A stretch of 13,308 bases of DNA from Candidatus Heimdallarchaeota archaeon (lineage in GTDB: Archaea; Asgardarchaeota; Heimdallarchaeia; Heimdallarchaeales; Heimdallarchaeaceae): contig JAEOSZ010000091.1 in the NCBI GenBank assembly GCA_016840095.1, forward strand, positions 1 through 13,308, read 5' to 3'. The position numbers and the translations under genes were made by a program. Shown here in pieces: positions 1 to 8,431 of the stretch. The stretch's first letter is position 1. Every line of letters begins with the position of its first letter. The notes below the pieces were generated by a model. It made no database searches, was not told the DNA's origin, and was given only the letters and a program-made list of their open reading frames with translations.

Positions 1-2
1 AT

Positions 3-302
3 CGGAATGTAACAAACTTTGTGATGAGAAGAGGTTTACTCCACAGGATGATTGGTGGAGATAATTTTGGAGCTATTATCATTGAAACAGCAGGACAAGG
101 ACCCCAACAAGCTCATCCTGAGCAAAGAATTGTAGGAATCATGAATGTTGCAGAATATGCAGAAAAGATTCGAACCATACTAGCTAAGATGAAAGGACAA
201 GCTGGAGTTACTGCTGATACAGAAACAGCTTCTTCTTTAGATGAAGAGGAAATCCTGACAAAGATACTAGAGACTTTGAAACAGATAGAAAACAAACTCT
301 AG
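3..302 (+). CDS. C-terminal part of a bacterial PH (bPH_2/YdbS-like) domain protein, 5'-truncated by the window edge
   Basis: Frame 3 is open from base 3 (RNVTNFVMRRGLLHRMIGGDNFGAIIIETAG...). The GLLHR..G..FG.IIIETAG pattern resembles bPH_2 domains, followed by a short helical tail. The GTG start at 21 is probably internal. Confidence 0.7.
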   Translation, partial: RNVTNFVMRRGLLHRMIGGDNFGAIIIETAGQGPQQAHPEQRIVGIMNVAEYAEKIRTILAKMKGQAGVTADTETASSLDEEEILTKILETLKQIENKL

Positions 303-327
303 TTCTTTCTTTATTTTCCACTTTTCC
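303..327 (+). terminator. T-rich putative archaeal terminator between convergent genes
   Basis: ttctttctttattttccacttttcc lies immediately after the TAG stop. Confidence 0.35.
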
Positions 328-384
328 TATAGTTTTTCTGGAAAAAAGGATTAGGAATGAAGTGTTGCTTTTCTACTTTATTTC

Positions 385-1332
385 TTAATAATCCAAAACT
401 TCTGGAATAACTTCTTTTCCCATTACTTCCAGTGGTTTTATCTCATCAACATTTGGCATATTGAAAACAAGATGTTCGCATCCTGCATTACTCAATTTTC
501 TGCATATATTTAGAACATCAGATGATGACATCGATTCAGGAGATAATTCAATATAAGTTGTAGCAGTTTTTTCGACCTCTTCATAAGGTCTTCCAATATC
601 TTCACAATGACCTCTAAGAACCGCATACTTGTGCTCTAATCGTTCCTTCCAGAAATCCCAATCCTTGTCATCATCATATAATCTTCCAGCATTTTTGAAA
701 GTAGTACCAAGAACTATATTACAGGCATCAGCATATTTAGCTACAAATCGAAGAGTCTTCTTTTCTCCTGAACCTCCAATTAGAATAGGTGGATGAGGTT
801 TAGTAACAGGAGGAGGACTATTAATTGGTTCTTGAAGAGTAAAATGCTTTCCTTCAAAAGGTTCAGTTTTTCCTGCAAACATGTGTTTAAAGATTTTAAG
901 AGATTCTTCTAACATCTCAAATCGAATTTTTAGAGAAGGGTATTCATATCCGTAACCTACAGCTTCTCGTTCAAACCAACCAGCACCGATACCGAAATAG
1001 GCTCTACCTTTAGAAAGAACATCTAGGTTTGTAACCATCTTTACCAGAAGAGCTGGATTTCTAAAGAAATTACATGTTACTTGAGTCCCTAGCTTGATTT
1101 TCTTTGTTTTGCCAGCCAGATAAGAAATAGTAGTGTAAGCTTCAAGCATTTCAGCTTCTTCAGGTCCATGAACTATACCAAATTGATCACCTAGCTGAAA
1201 AACATGGTCCATCACCCAGATACTATAAAAATCGTTTTCATCTGCTACTCGAGCAATTTCTGTTAATTTATCAGAGATGTTTTCTGGACTACCTGGCCAG
1301 TGAAATTTTCCAATATGCAATCCTATTTTCAT
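385..1332 (-). CDS. Luciferase-like monooxygenase (LLM) class, probable F420-dependent oxidoreductase (Rv1855c-like)
   Basis: Motifs SIWVMDHVFQ, EAYTTISYLAG, RNPALLVKMVTNLDVLSKGR, GIGAGWFERE and PHPPILIGGSGEKKTLRFVAKYADACN. Confidence 0.9.
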   Translation of the reverse strand: MKIGLHIGKFHWPGSPENISDKLTEIARVADENDFYSIWVMDHVFQLGDQFGIVHGPEEAEMLEAYTTISYLAGKTKKIKLGTQVTCNFFRNPALLVKMVTNLDVLSKGRAYFGIGAGWFEREAVGYGYEYPSLKIRFEMLEESLKIFKHMFAGKTEPFEGKHFTLQEPINSPPPVTKPHPPILIGGSGEKKTLRFVAKYADACNIVLGTTFKNAGRLYDDDKDWDFWKERLEHKYAVLRGHCEDIGRPYEEVEKTATTYIELSPESMSSSDVLNICRKLSNAGCEHLVFNMPNVDEIKPLEVMGKEVIPEVLDY

Positions 1333-1354
1333 AAATTAAACAGATTAAATTGAG

Positions 1355-1384
1355 TATAAATAAATTCCCCACATTAGTTTTAAA
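1355..1384. promoter_or_regulatory. Divergent TATA boxes for the LLM (-) and DinB (+) genes
   Basis: TTTATA on the minus strand at 1360-1355 is 23-28 nt upstream of ATG 1332. TTTAAA at 1379-1384 is 25-30 nt upstream of ATG 1409. Confidence 0.45.
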
Positions 1385-1393
1385 ATATAGTAA

Positions 1394-1897
1394 ATGTTTA
1401 AGTCAAATATGAAAAAATCTCTTTTCATAGATATCTGTAGAGAAAATTATCTAGCTTTAATGAAGATGATAGAACAAACAATCAAACTTTGTCCTGATCA
1501 ACTGTGGGCAGATAAGTCTCTCCAACCTCAATTTTGGCAAGAAATCTATCATACTCTTTACTATCTTGATTTCTATTTTGGAACCAACTGGAAGAAACAA
1601 CCTGAACGATTTGAAGTTAAAGAGAATTTAGGAGAAGTACCAAAAACTATTCTTTCGAAGGAAGAGTTGTTAAGCTATTTAGATGAAATGAGAGAGAAAT
1701 GTGTAAATGTTTTGGATAACCTTACAAATGAACAAATACAAGGTAAGAACAGCTATTTCTGGACTGGTCCTACTTTAAGTCACAAACTAGTCTACAATAT
1801 TCGTCATTCTCAACATCATGTTGGAAAAATCAACAATATACTAAGTGCAAATGGGATAGAAGCTGCTAAATGGGTTATAGATCCGAAGAAGAAGTAA
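1394..1897 (+). CDS. DinB/YfiT-like superfamily protein (true start possibly ATG 1409)
   Basis: CPDQLW, FWQEIYHTLYYLDFY and YNIRHSQHHVGKI give the three-His metal site of the DinB four-helix bundle. Confidence 0.85.
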   Translation: MFKSNMKKSLFIDICRENYLALMKMIEQTIKLCPDQLWADKSLQPQFWQEIYHTLYYLDFYFGTNWKKQPERFEVKENLGEVPKTILSKEELLSYLDEMREKCVNVLDNLTNEQIQGKNSYFWTGPTLSHKLVYNIRHSQHHVGKINNILSANGIEAAKWVIDPKKK

Positions 1898-1911
1898 AGC
1901 AAATGATAAAT

Positions 1912-2652
1912 TCATCTAAATCTTCTTTTCACTAGTCTCGTAATTGCTAAGAGAGTCATTATGGCTATAATAGAAATAATTATAGAACTACTTCTTGTTT
2001 TTGTAGTTTCTACTACTTCTATAATTACACAATCTGAAGCAGTATTATTAGATTCATCAGTTAAGGATAGACAGTAAGTAAATGTTCCTAGTTCAGTAGT
2101 ATCTATTAAAAATTGAAATCTCACTTCACCTACCCAAGCACCCGAATCAACAACTATGCCATTTAGTTTCAATTCAAAACTTGCTGGATATGGATCTATT
2201 GCAGACCATTCAATATACTGCTCAGTAGAGTTTAATTCAACTATTTTATCTTCTGGTGATGTATAGATAGTTGGCGCAGCAAAATCTCTAACATGAACCA
2301 AAACAGTGTCATTGTTTGATTCAAAGAAATCATCAAAGACATGAACAACAAACTCATAGTCTCCAACCTTCAAATGACTAATACTGTGTGTTATTGGATA
2401 ATTTGATATCCAGTAACCTAACTCCACTAAAACATCGTCTTGGTAGACTTCATAAAAGAATGGATTTTCTGAATAAGCTGTCCAAGAGATTTTCTTGCCT
2501 GTGTCCCCTTCATTGAAAGTGATGTCATCTGGACTAGAAATTGTAGGGAGTACCGCATAAACAGAAGTGGTGAGACTAAATGAGATTAGAATCAAAGAGA
2601 CAAACAAAAGACAAAAACTGAGGACTTTAATGTTTCTTTGATTATTGTTCAT
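1912..2652 (-). CDS. Secreted, membrane-anchored surface protein with two tandem Ig-like beta-sandwich repeats
   Basis: The start is moved from TTG 2724 to ATG 2652 (MNNNQRNIK), which is followed by a signal peptide and has TTTAAA at 2678-2683. Repeats are PTISSPDD..ISWTA..NP..YEVYQDDVLVELGYW and PTIYTSPED..IEWSA..YP..FELKLNGIVVDSGAW. The C-terminus is a TM helix plus KRRFR. Confidence 0.8.
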   Translation of the reverse strand: MNNNQRNIKVLSFCLLFVSLILISFSLTTSVYAVLPTISSPDDITFNEGDTGKKISWTAYSENPFFYEVYQDDVLVELGYWISNYPITHSISHLKVGDYEFVVHVFDDFFESNNDTVLVHVRDFAAPTIYTSPEDKIVELNSTEQYIEWSAIDPYPASFELKLNGIVVDSGAWVGEVRFQFLIDTTELGTFTYCLSLTDESNNTASDCVIIEVVETTKTRSSSIIISIIAIMTLLAITRLVKRRFR

Positions 2653-2771
2653 AGATACTAAACTTATATTTACCTCATTTAAATAATATTGCTCTAGAAC
2701 AAAACCAGATACTGATAAACCCAAAATTGATTAAACACAAAAAATAAATAAAATACTGTTTATCTTAAACT

Positions 2772-3329
2772 GTGTCCTCAGAAACTGTTCAAAGAAAGGA
2801 TGTTCCATGGTGGTTGAGCATCTATTATTTATTCGCAGGTCTAATTTACATAATGATCTCAATGGTGATATTTGGTCTTCTAAACTCCAATTTGCAAGTG
2901 TCATTGGATCTTCTCAAGATTATTTTACTACTACTTGGAATATCTCGACTTTTATACGGTATTTTCTCCAAAGATCCAAGTAAATTGATTAGAATCTTGA
3001 AGACTTTGGTAGGAATAGGAATTATTGTACTAAGTAGTATAGATTTCTTTATCAGAGAAACTAATTTTCCAACACAAATTACTCTACTAGCTATTGGGAT
3101 TCTTATAATTGGTGTTTTGAGAATAACTGTTGGTTTATTAGATAAAAGTGAAGCAAATTGGTTCAGAATTATTATGGTTTCTATCGGTTCTATAACATTA
3201 ACAATAAGTATCTTGTTCCTAATCTTCACAGGCTGGGAAACAAGCATCTATGTTATCTTGTTAGCTGTAAGTTTTATTCTTCAAGGATTGACTAAAATCA
3301 ATTATGCTTTAGAAGTATTTGAGAAGTAG
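2772..3329 (+). CDS. Six-TM membrane protein, DUF308/HdeD-like
   Basis: Six hydrophobic segments with repeated LLLGISRL / LIIGVLRI / ILQGLTKI helix ends; GTG start. Confidence 0.65.
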   Translation: MSSETVQRKDVPWWLSIYYLFAGLIYIMISMVIFGLLNSNLQVSLDLLKIILLLLGISRLLYGIFSKDPSKLIRILKTLVGIGIIVLSSIDFFIRETNFPTQITLLAIGILIIGVLRITVGLLDKSEANWFRIIMVSIGSITLTISILFLIFTGWETSIYVILLAVSFILQGLTKINYALEVFEK

Positions 3330-3370
3330 GAGATTCTTTATTATGAAAGAAGAAAGAGAAGCCAACACAA

Positions 3371-3376
3371 TATAAG
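3371..3376 (+). promoter_or_regulatory. Putative TATA box of the MBL gene (leaderless-type spacing)
   Basis: TATAAG lies 22-27 nt upstream of ATG 3398. Confidence 0.4.
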
Positions 3377-3397
3377 TGTCTGAAGAACTAAATTACT

Positions 3398-4276
3398 ATG
3401 CAAGTACAGAAAATAGGTTCTCGAGGGATCTTGTTTAATCTTCCAAGCCAACCCTTTTCAGTTCAGATTTATTGTATTAACTCTCCAAATTATCTTTTTA
3501 TTATTGATACAGGTGTAGTTTTAGAAAATCAAATGGAGGATGTTAAACAATATCTTGTAGAAAATGAGTTTTTTACAAAACCTGTTGCTATCATCAATAC
3601 ACATCAACATCATGACCATATGGGAGGGAATCATCTAATAGATGCGGAAACCATTATAGGTCATTCTATGTTTCCAGAAAGATTGAAACAGACTATAGAA
3701 CTGCTTGTAAATTATGAAGCATATAAACTAGAAATTGAGAATTTTGCTCCCCCTACTCAAACCTTTGATGAGAAATTAGTCTTTGATGAAGAAGGCGTAG
3801 AACTATTTTATTCTCCCGGACACACAGAAGACTCAATTTCCATTTATGATAAAATCGATAAGATTCTCATTGTTGGAGATACCTTAGTTCATCCTCTACC
3901 CTCAATCAATTGGTATGATTTAGATCGATTTATTGAAACCTTAGAGACCTATAAGAAGATTGATTTTGAAAAACTGATACTAGGACATGAAAAAGTTCTA
4001 GAAGGAACTGAATTTATTGATGAAACAATAGAATACATCAAGAAGTTCAAAGCTCTTGAAGTTGACTTTACAGGTTTTACAGATGTTCATGCACTGATGT
4101 ACAGATGGGGTCTAGTGAATCTTGCTAAGAATCTTAAGAGAGCAGGAAAAGAGGAAGAAGCAAAGCGCTATCTCTTGAAAGCTAAAACTGACATTGAAAA
4201 TCCAATAATTAAACCAAAAGATGAAAGAGAGTATAATGGATTGATTGAGGAAATAGAGAAAGGACTGAAAGATTAG
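3398..4276 (+). CDS. Metallo-beta-lactamase (MBL) fold hydrolase with a C-terminal helical extension
   Basis: IIDTG, NTHQHHDHMGGN (HxHxDH), SPGHTEDS, VGDT and ILGHE. Confidence 0.92.
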   Translation: MQVQKIGSRGILFNLPSQPFSVQIYCINSPNYLFIIDTGVVLENQMEDVKQYLVENEFFTKPVAIINTHQHHDHMGGNHLIDAETIIGHSMFPERLKQTIELLVNYEAYKLEIENFAPPTQTFDEKLVFDEEGVELFYSPGHTEDSISIYDKIDKILIVGDTLVHPLPSINWYDLDRFIETLETYKKIDFEKLILGHEKVLEGTEFIDETIEYIKKFKALEVDFTGFTDVHALMYRWGLVNLAKNLKRAGKEEEAKRYLLKAKTDIENPIIKPKDEREYNGLIEEIEKGLKD

Positions 4277-4311
4277 TTCTTCCTCTCTTTTCAAAAAAAT
4301 GACAGAAGAAT

Positions 4312-4326
4312 CCCTTTAAAAAAGGG
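4312..4326 (+). promoter_or_regulatory. TATA box embedded in an inverted repeat
   Basis: CCCTTT-AAA-AAAGGG; the TTTAAA at 4315-4320 is 22-27 nt upstream of TTG 4342. Confidence 0.45.
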
Positions 4327-4341
4327 TTAAAATAAAGCTAA

Positions 4342-5271
4342 TTGAGTAAAATGCCAAGAAGACCTGATGCTGAATTAGTTAAGACATCTAAATTTCATGA
4401 AATAGAATTCCTTATCATGCGCAAGAAAACACAGAGTGAGTTGCATTATAAGGCTCAAATAGATCTTACTAAAACTAAAGAATTTCTAGAGAAGTACAAC
4501 AAGGATAAGGACGAAGGAGATAAGTTAACTCTTTTCCAAATTTATCTAACAGCTGCAGTTAGAGCAATAACCTTACGCCCAAGAATTAACAGATTCGTCT
4601 CAGGACGAAGATTGTGGCAAAGAAATAGGATTATCATTTCTTTTGTAGTTAAGAAAGATACAGAAGAAGGTGGAGAAGAGATCAATGCCATGATAGAGTT
4701 TGATCCTTTTGATACTCTGGAAACTGCTCAAAAAATTATTCATGCAGAAATTCATGAAGCAAGACATGGGGTAAATCCAAACGAAGAAGATGTCAACTTA
4801 GCTAAGAAAATGCCTCGATGGATGTTGAGATCGTTCTTTTGGTATTTGAGATGGTCAGACAGTCATAATTTTCCTCTTCATTCATTTACCAAAGATATAC
4901 CAATGTGGTCATCAATTTTCCTTGCTCATCTAGGTTCAATCGATATACCTGCAATTTATCATCATCTCTTTGAATTCGGAACAACTGGGATTCTGATTAC
5001 TTTTGGAAAAATGCATAAAGCTCAAGTTGTAGATCAAGAAACTGGTAAAGTCGATGTTCGTGAAGTAATGGAAATAAAAGTCTCAATAGATGATCGTATT
5101 GCTTCGGGAAGTTATACAGGTCCAACAATCAAATTAATGCAAGATTTAATAGAAAATCCTGAACCTCTGCTAAATCCCCCGGATTTGACTGATGAACAGC
5201 TAGATAAATTGATGCTGAAGAAATACAAGAAGGATAGAAAAGCCAGAGAAAAGATGAGAAAGAAGAAATAG
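4342..5271 (+). CDS. Stand-alone 2-oxoacid dehydrogenase E2-like acyltransferase catalytic domain (CAT-like fold), with no lipoyl or E3-binding domain
   Basis: IDLTKT, AAVRAITLRPRINRFV, SIFLAHLGSI and C-terminal VSIDDRIASG..LIENPE align with the E2 core (canonical DHRxxDG..lEnP). Confidence 0.8.
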   Translation: MSKMPRRPDAELVKTSKFHEIEFLIMRKKTQSELHYKAQIDLTKTKEFLEKYNKDKDEGDKLTLFQIYLTAAVRAITLRPRINRFVSGRRLWQRNRIIISFVVKKDTEEGGEEINAMIEFDPFDTLETAQKIIHAEIHEARHGVNPNEEDVNLAKKMPRWMLRSFFWYLRWSDSHNFPLHSFTKDIPMWSSIFLAHLGSIDIPAIYHHLFEFGTTGILITFGKMHKAQVVDQETGKVDVREVMEIKVSIDDRIASGSYTGPTIKLMQDLIENPEPLLNPPDLTDEQLDKLMLKKYKKDRKAREKMRKKK

Positions 5272-5355
5272 TTGTGTATGGGAAATTGGTTATTGCTTAA
5301 GATTTAACCATCAATTTTTTATATTTGGAATGATAGTTCTTTAAGATTAATTAAT

Positions 5356-5712
5356 TTGGTAAGGCATTTGTCCAAACACAGAATTTCCATTAGAAAATTT
5401 CTTTCAGAAAGTAATCCATTTACATTTGCTCTAATTTCTATTTTGATTATCTGCATAGTTTTAATCATCTTGGCTGCAAATTATCGAATAGGAGTCAGCA
5501 CAAGAATAGACACAATTGGCTTAGTTTTGAAGTTGAGCGCAACAGTTATCATGCTTGTTTCTGATTTTGTTTTTATTCCTTTGTGGAATAAATATAGAAG
5601 AAGTCACAATTTAGAAACAAAAGAAGTTTCTATTATTGTGTTATCTATTTTAGCAGTGATAATTTTTGCAATTACAAGTTTAGTTCATTACCTTATAATG
5701 ATCTTAGTGTGA
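5356..5712 (+). CDS. Hypothetical 3-TM membrane protein
   Basis: Three hydrophobic helices. It is homologous to the C-terminal domain of the next gene, which supports coding status. The TTG start is uncertain. Confidence 0.75.
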   Translation: MVRHLSKHRISIRKFLSESNPFTFALISILIICIVLIILAANYRIGVSTRIDTIGLVLKLSATVIMLVSDFVFIPLWNKYRRSHNLETKEVSIIVLSILAVIIFAITSLVHYLIMILV

Positions 5713-5814
5713 AAATACCCTATAGAGTAATTTTGCTGCTTATTTTCATATTTTCAGTAAGACTTTTATGCTTCAACTTTTGCTAGACTAGATTAGATTA
5801 AACTGTGATTGTAA

Positions 5815-6717
5815 ATGTTAAGATTCAATTCTTATAGAACAAAGCAGATCTTTGTATTGATCATATTTCTGTTAACAATCTTCAATGGAGTAAAATCGTC
5901 TCAAGCAGAAGGGAATTTAACTGAAACACTGGTGTTGACAGATTCACAATATTATGATCTCAATCAGTTCACTAATAATAAAGATCAAATGTTCAAGTTG
6001 AAAATTAAACTAAAAGATTCTTATGAAGATTATCAGTTAATAAGAATCTATTTTGCGATTTTCGAATCATCTCTTGAAACTGCTTGGATAAATTATCTTG
6101 ATAATTACTTCCCTGAGCCTAGTTTAGAAAAGCCACAATCTGTCTGGGAATCTAATGCAAGATTAGGATTAGAATGGGAGATTGAACTACAACAAGGTGA
6201 TTACATCGTAGGATTTGCAATGAGTGGTTTTACCGAAGTGTTTCTATCATTTACATTGAAATCAGCAGTATGGACAAAGTACTCTTGGGTTTGGATAGTT
6301 ACAGGCATTCTATCATTTAGTTTGATAACAGTAGTTGTATTATTGTCTTTTCAAAAAACCAGAATGCAATTCATGCAATTGTTGAATAAGATTAGAGTCT
6401 CTGTTTTCGAAAGAAAATATAATCCGTATAGTATTGCTCTATTTATTGTTTTGATTGGTTGTATCATAACAATAAGCTTCTCTGCAAAATACAATTTGGG
6501 TGTATCATCAACTGATAACATCAGCCTAATGTTGAAGTTAGTACCAACATTAATTATGTCTGTAGCTGATGTGATTCTCATACCACTAGGCAATAATTAT
6601 AGGAAGAAGCACAATCTAGATTCAGTTATTTTTGTCAAAATTCTTGCTATTTTCGCACTTTTGGTTCTTGCCTTTTTTACAGTTGCCCATTGGTTCATAG
6701 TAGGTATGATGTCGTAA
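5815..6717 (+). CDS. Hypothetical membrane protein: signal peptide, extracellular beta-rich domain, TM helix and C-terminal 3-TM domain
   Basis: N-terminal hydrophobic signal (..SSQAE), about 120 aa soluble region, TM WVWIVTGILSFSLITVVVLL, then a domain paralogous to 5356..5712. Confidence 0.8.
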   Translation: MLRFNSYRTKQIFVLIIFLLTIFNGVKSSQAEGNLTETLVLTDSQYYDLNQFTNNKDQMFKLKIKLKDSYEDYQLIRIYFAIFESSLETAWINYLDNYFPEPSLEKPQSVWESNARLGLEWEIELQQGDYIVGFAMSGFTEVFLSFTLKSAVWTKYSWVWIVTGILSFSLITVVVLLSFQKTRMQFMQLLNKIRVSVFERKYNPYSIALFIVLIGCIITISFSAKYNLGVSSTDNISLMLKLVPTLIMSVADVILIPLGNNYRKKHNLDSVIFVKILAIFALLVLAFFTVAHWFIVGMMS

Positions 6718-6863
6718 ATACTATGTATAATTCATATAAAAAATATTAATAAAATAGAGATCCACATAAATGCTCTAGTTCTACCAGAATATGCTTTCTT
6801 AAAGCCTTCAAATAGATTTAAATACTTTCAATCATATAATTAACCGTTTCGGAGAGTGATTAA

Positions 6864-7949
6864 TTGAACAAGAATAATAACAAAAATAAACGAAACTATA
6901 TTTTGAGCTTTTTTATAGTATTTTTTTTGGTATTACTGAGTATTAGTTTTTCAGCTCAACTAGCTCAATCTGCTGTATCTATTGAATTAAACCATGTTGC
7001 CACCTATGACACTCCAGGTAGTGCGAAAGGAGTGTTTGTTGTGGATGATAAGGCATATATTGCTGATCAACATTCTGATTTACAAATAGTTGATGTTTCT
7101 GATAAATCAAATCCAACATTCCTTGGTTCAGGATATTTTACAAGTTCTACAAGGTTTGGAATAGAAGTTCTAGGTGATTATTGTTTCATCTCAGGGTGGA
7201 ATAACAAACTGCCTATATTTGATGTAAGTGAGCCAGCCACTCCAGTTCTAGTAGAAGATGATTATTATCTGCCAATTAGTGATGCTTGTGATTTTGTAAT
7301 CAGAAATGATATCATCTATATAGCTGATTGGATACACTGCTTCTATATCTTTGACATCAGTAATCCTTCTTCACCAACAGCTTTAGGATCTTATGGTACA
7401 TTTCAAGCAAATGATATCGATATTAGAGGAAATTATGCTTATCTAGCCACATCTGCGGGAATAGTAATACTGGATATTTCTGATGTAAATAGTCCAAGTT
7501 TTGTTGATATTTATAATACTGCAAGTAGAGTGGATGGAGTAACGATTGTTGATGATTATCTATATGTTGCTGGAGGGTCACAAGGACTAATGGTTTTTAA
7601 CATTACAGATTCAACAAATCCAGAATTATTAGATTCAATTGATACACCAGGATTTGCAGTTAGAGTTGAGGTAAGGAGTAATCATGCTTTTGTTTGCGAT
7701 GGAACAGGAGGTTTAAGGATAATTGATGTGAATGATCCGTTTAATTTAACCTTATCAGATGCACTAATTGAATATAATCAATCTTCTAACATCTTCTTTC
7801 TAGATGATTATGCATATTTAACTAACAGTGACTATGGTTTAGAGATATTCAAAGTTAAAGAATCTACTAAAAAATCCAATTATTTCGCAATTAGTGGCAT
7901 TTTTGTCATTTTAATGGCAGTAATAATTAAACGAAAAAGAACTAGATAA
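6864..7949 (+). CDS. LVIVD-repeat 7-bladed beta-propeller surface protein
   Basis: Signal peptide, then seven ~42-aa repeats (e.g. AYIADQHSDLQIVDVSDKSNP, AYLATSAGIVILDISDVNSP, AFVCDGTGGLRIIDVNDP). The C-terminus is a TM helix plus KRKRTR. Confidence 0.9.
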   Translation: MNKNNNKNKRNYILSFFIVFFLVLLSISFSAQLAQSAVSIELNHVATYDTPGSAKGVFVVDDKAYIADQHSDLQIVDVSDKSNPTFLGSGYFTSSTRFGIEVLGDYCFISGWNNKLPIFDVSEPATPVLVEDDYYLPISDACDFVIRNDIIYIADWIHCFYIFDISNPSSPTALGSYGTFQANDIDIRGNYAYLATSAGIVILDISDVNSPSFVDIYNTASRVDGVTIVDDYLYVAGGSQGLMVFNITDSTNPELLDSIDTPGFAVRVEVRSNHAFVCDGTGGLRIIDVNDPFNLTLSDALIEYNQSSNIFFLDDYAYLTNSDYGLEIFKVKESTKKSNYFAISGIFVILMAVIIKRKRTR

Positions 7950-7963
7950 GAAGATTGAACTAA

Positions 7964-8332
7964 ATGATATTACAACAGGAAAAGAATTCAGAGAATGAAA
8001 ATTCTGATATAAAGAAGAGAAAAGAAGAAAGAGAAGCACGTAAGTATGTGGACATTGCTTTGCCTTTACTTGCAATAACTAATACAGTATTAGCAATAGT
8101 AGCACACGTCACAATGTGGAGTAATTGGGGCACTTATACTCTTGTATTACTTATTGTTTCTACAGCAATGCTCCCAATAGTACTATCTCTAATATTTTAC
8201 TTGAGTAACAAAGATAGAACAGCTTTGGTGCATAACACAGGGATACTTATTTCAAGCTTCCTAGTAGTTGTGATAATCGCTTCTGTACTTATTCAATGGA
8301 TACTTGCTGTTGTTTATCTACGAGTGATCTAA
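7964..8332 (+). CDS. Hypothetical 3-TM membrane protein
   Basis: Charged N-terminus followed by three hydrophobic helices; starts 14 nt after the LVIVD gene stop. Confidence 0.7.
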   Translation: MILQQEKNSENENSDIKKRKEEREARKYVDIALPLLAITNTVLAIVAHVTMWSNWGTYTLVLLIVSTAMLPIVLSLIFYLSNKDRTALVHNTGILISSFLVVVIIASVLIQWILAVVYLRVI

Positions 8333-8368
8333 TAATCATGTTACAAAACTACATCATAGGAATCTCAC

Positions 8369-8431
8369 AATGTAACAAATTTAGAGAAGTGGAAATTCTG
8401 TCTTTGCCTACATTCTCTAAAGTTGTTCATT
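8369..8431. repeat. Long imperfect inverted repeat (hairpin 1)
   Basis: aatgtaacaaatttagagaa (8369-8388) pairs with ttctctaaagttgttcatt (8413-8431) with one bulge and one mismatch. The inner gtggaaa/tttgcctac segment also pairs. Confidence 0.75.

Noticed and set aside
113-295. 60-aa minus-strand ORF
   Set aside because: Antisense shadow of the PH-domain gene, with no recognisable motif.
2653-2724. N-terminal 24 aa of the 270-aa ORF (TTG start)
   Set aside because: It overlaps the TATA box. ATG 2652 gives a proper signal peptide at leaderless spacing.
2846-3247. 133-aa minus-strand ORF
   Set aside because: Antisense to the six-TM gene; the Ile/Lys-rich composition is typical of shadows of hydrophobic genes.
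4112-4294. 60-aa minus-strand ORF
   Set aside because: Antisense to the Glu/Lys-rich MBL tail.
6351-6593. 80-aa minus-strand ORF
   Set aside because: Antisense to a domain whose + strand frame is supported by paralogy.
2690-6790. Short shared string tgctctag...ccaga in the intergenic regions near 2690 and 6772
   Set aside because: An 8-bp match with different spacing, and opposite orientation relative to the two surface-protein genes; likely chance.
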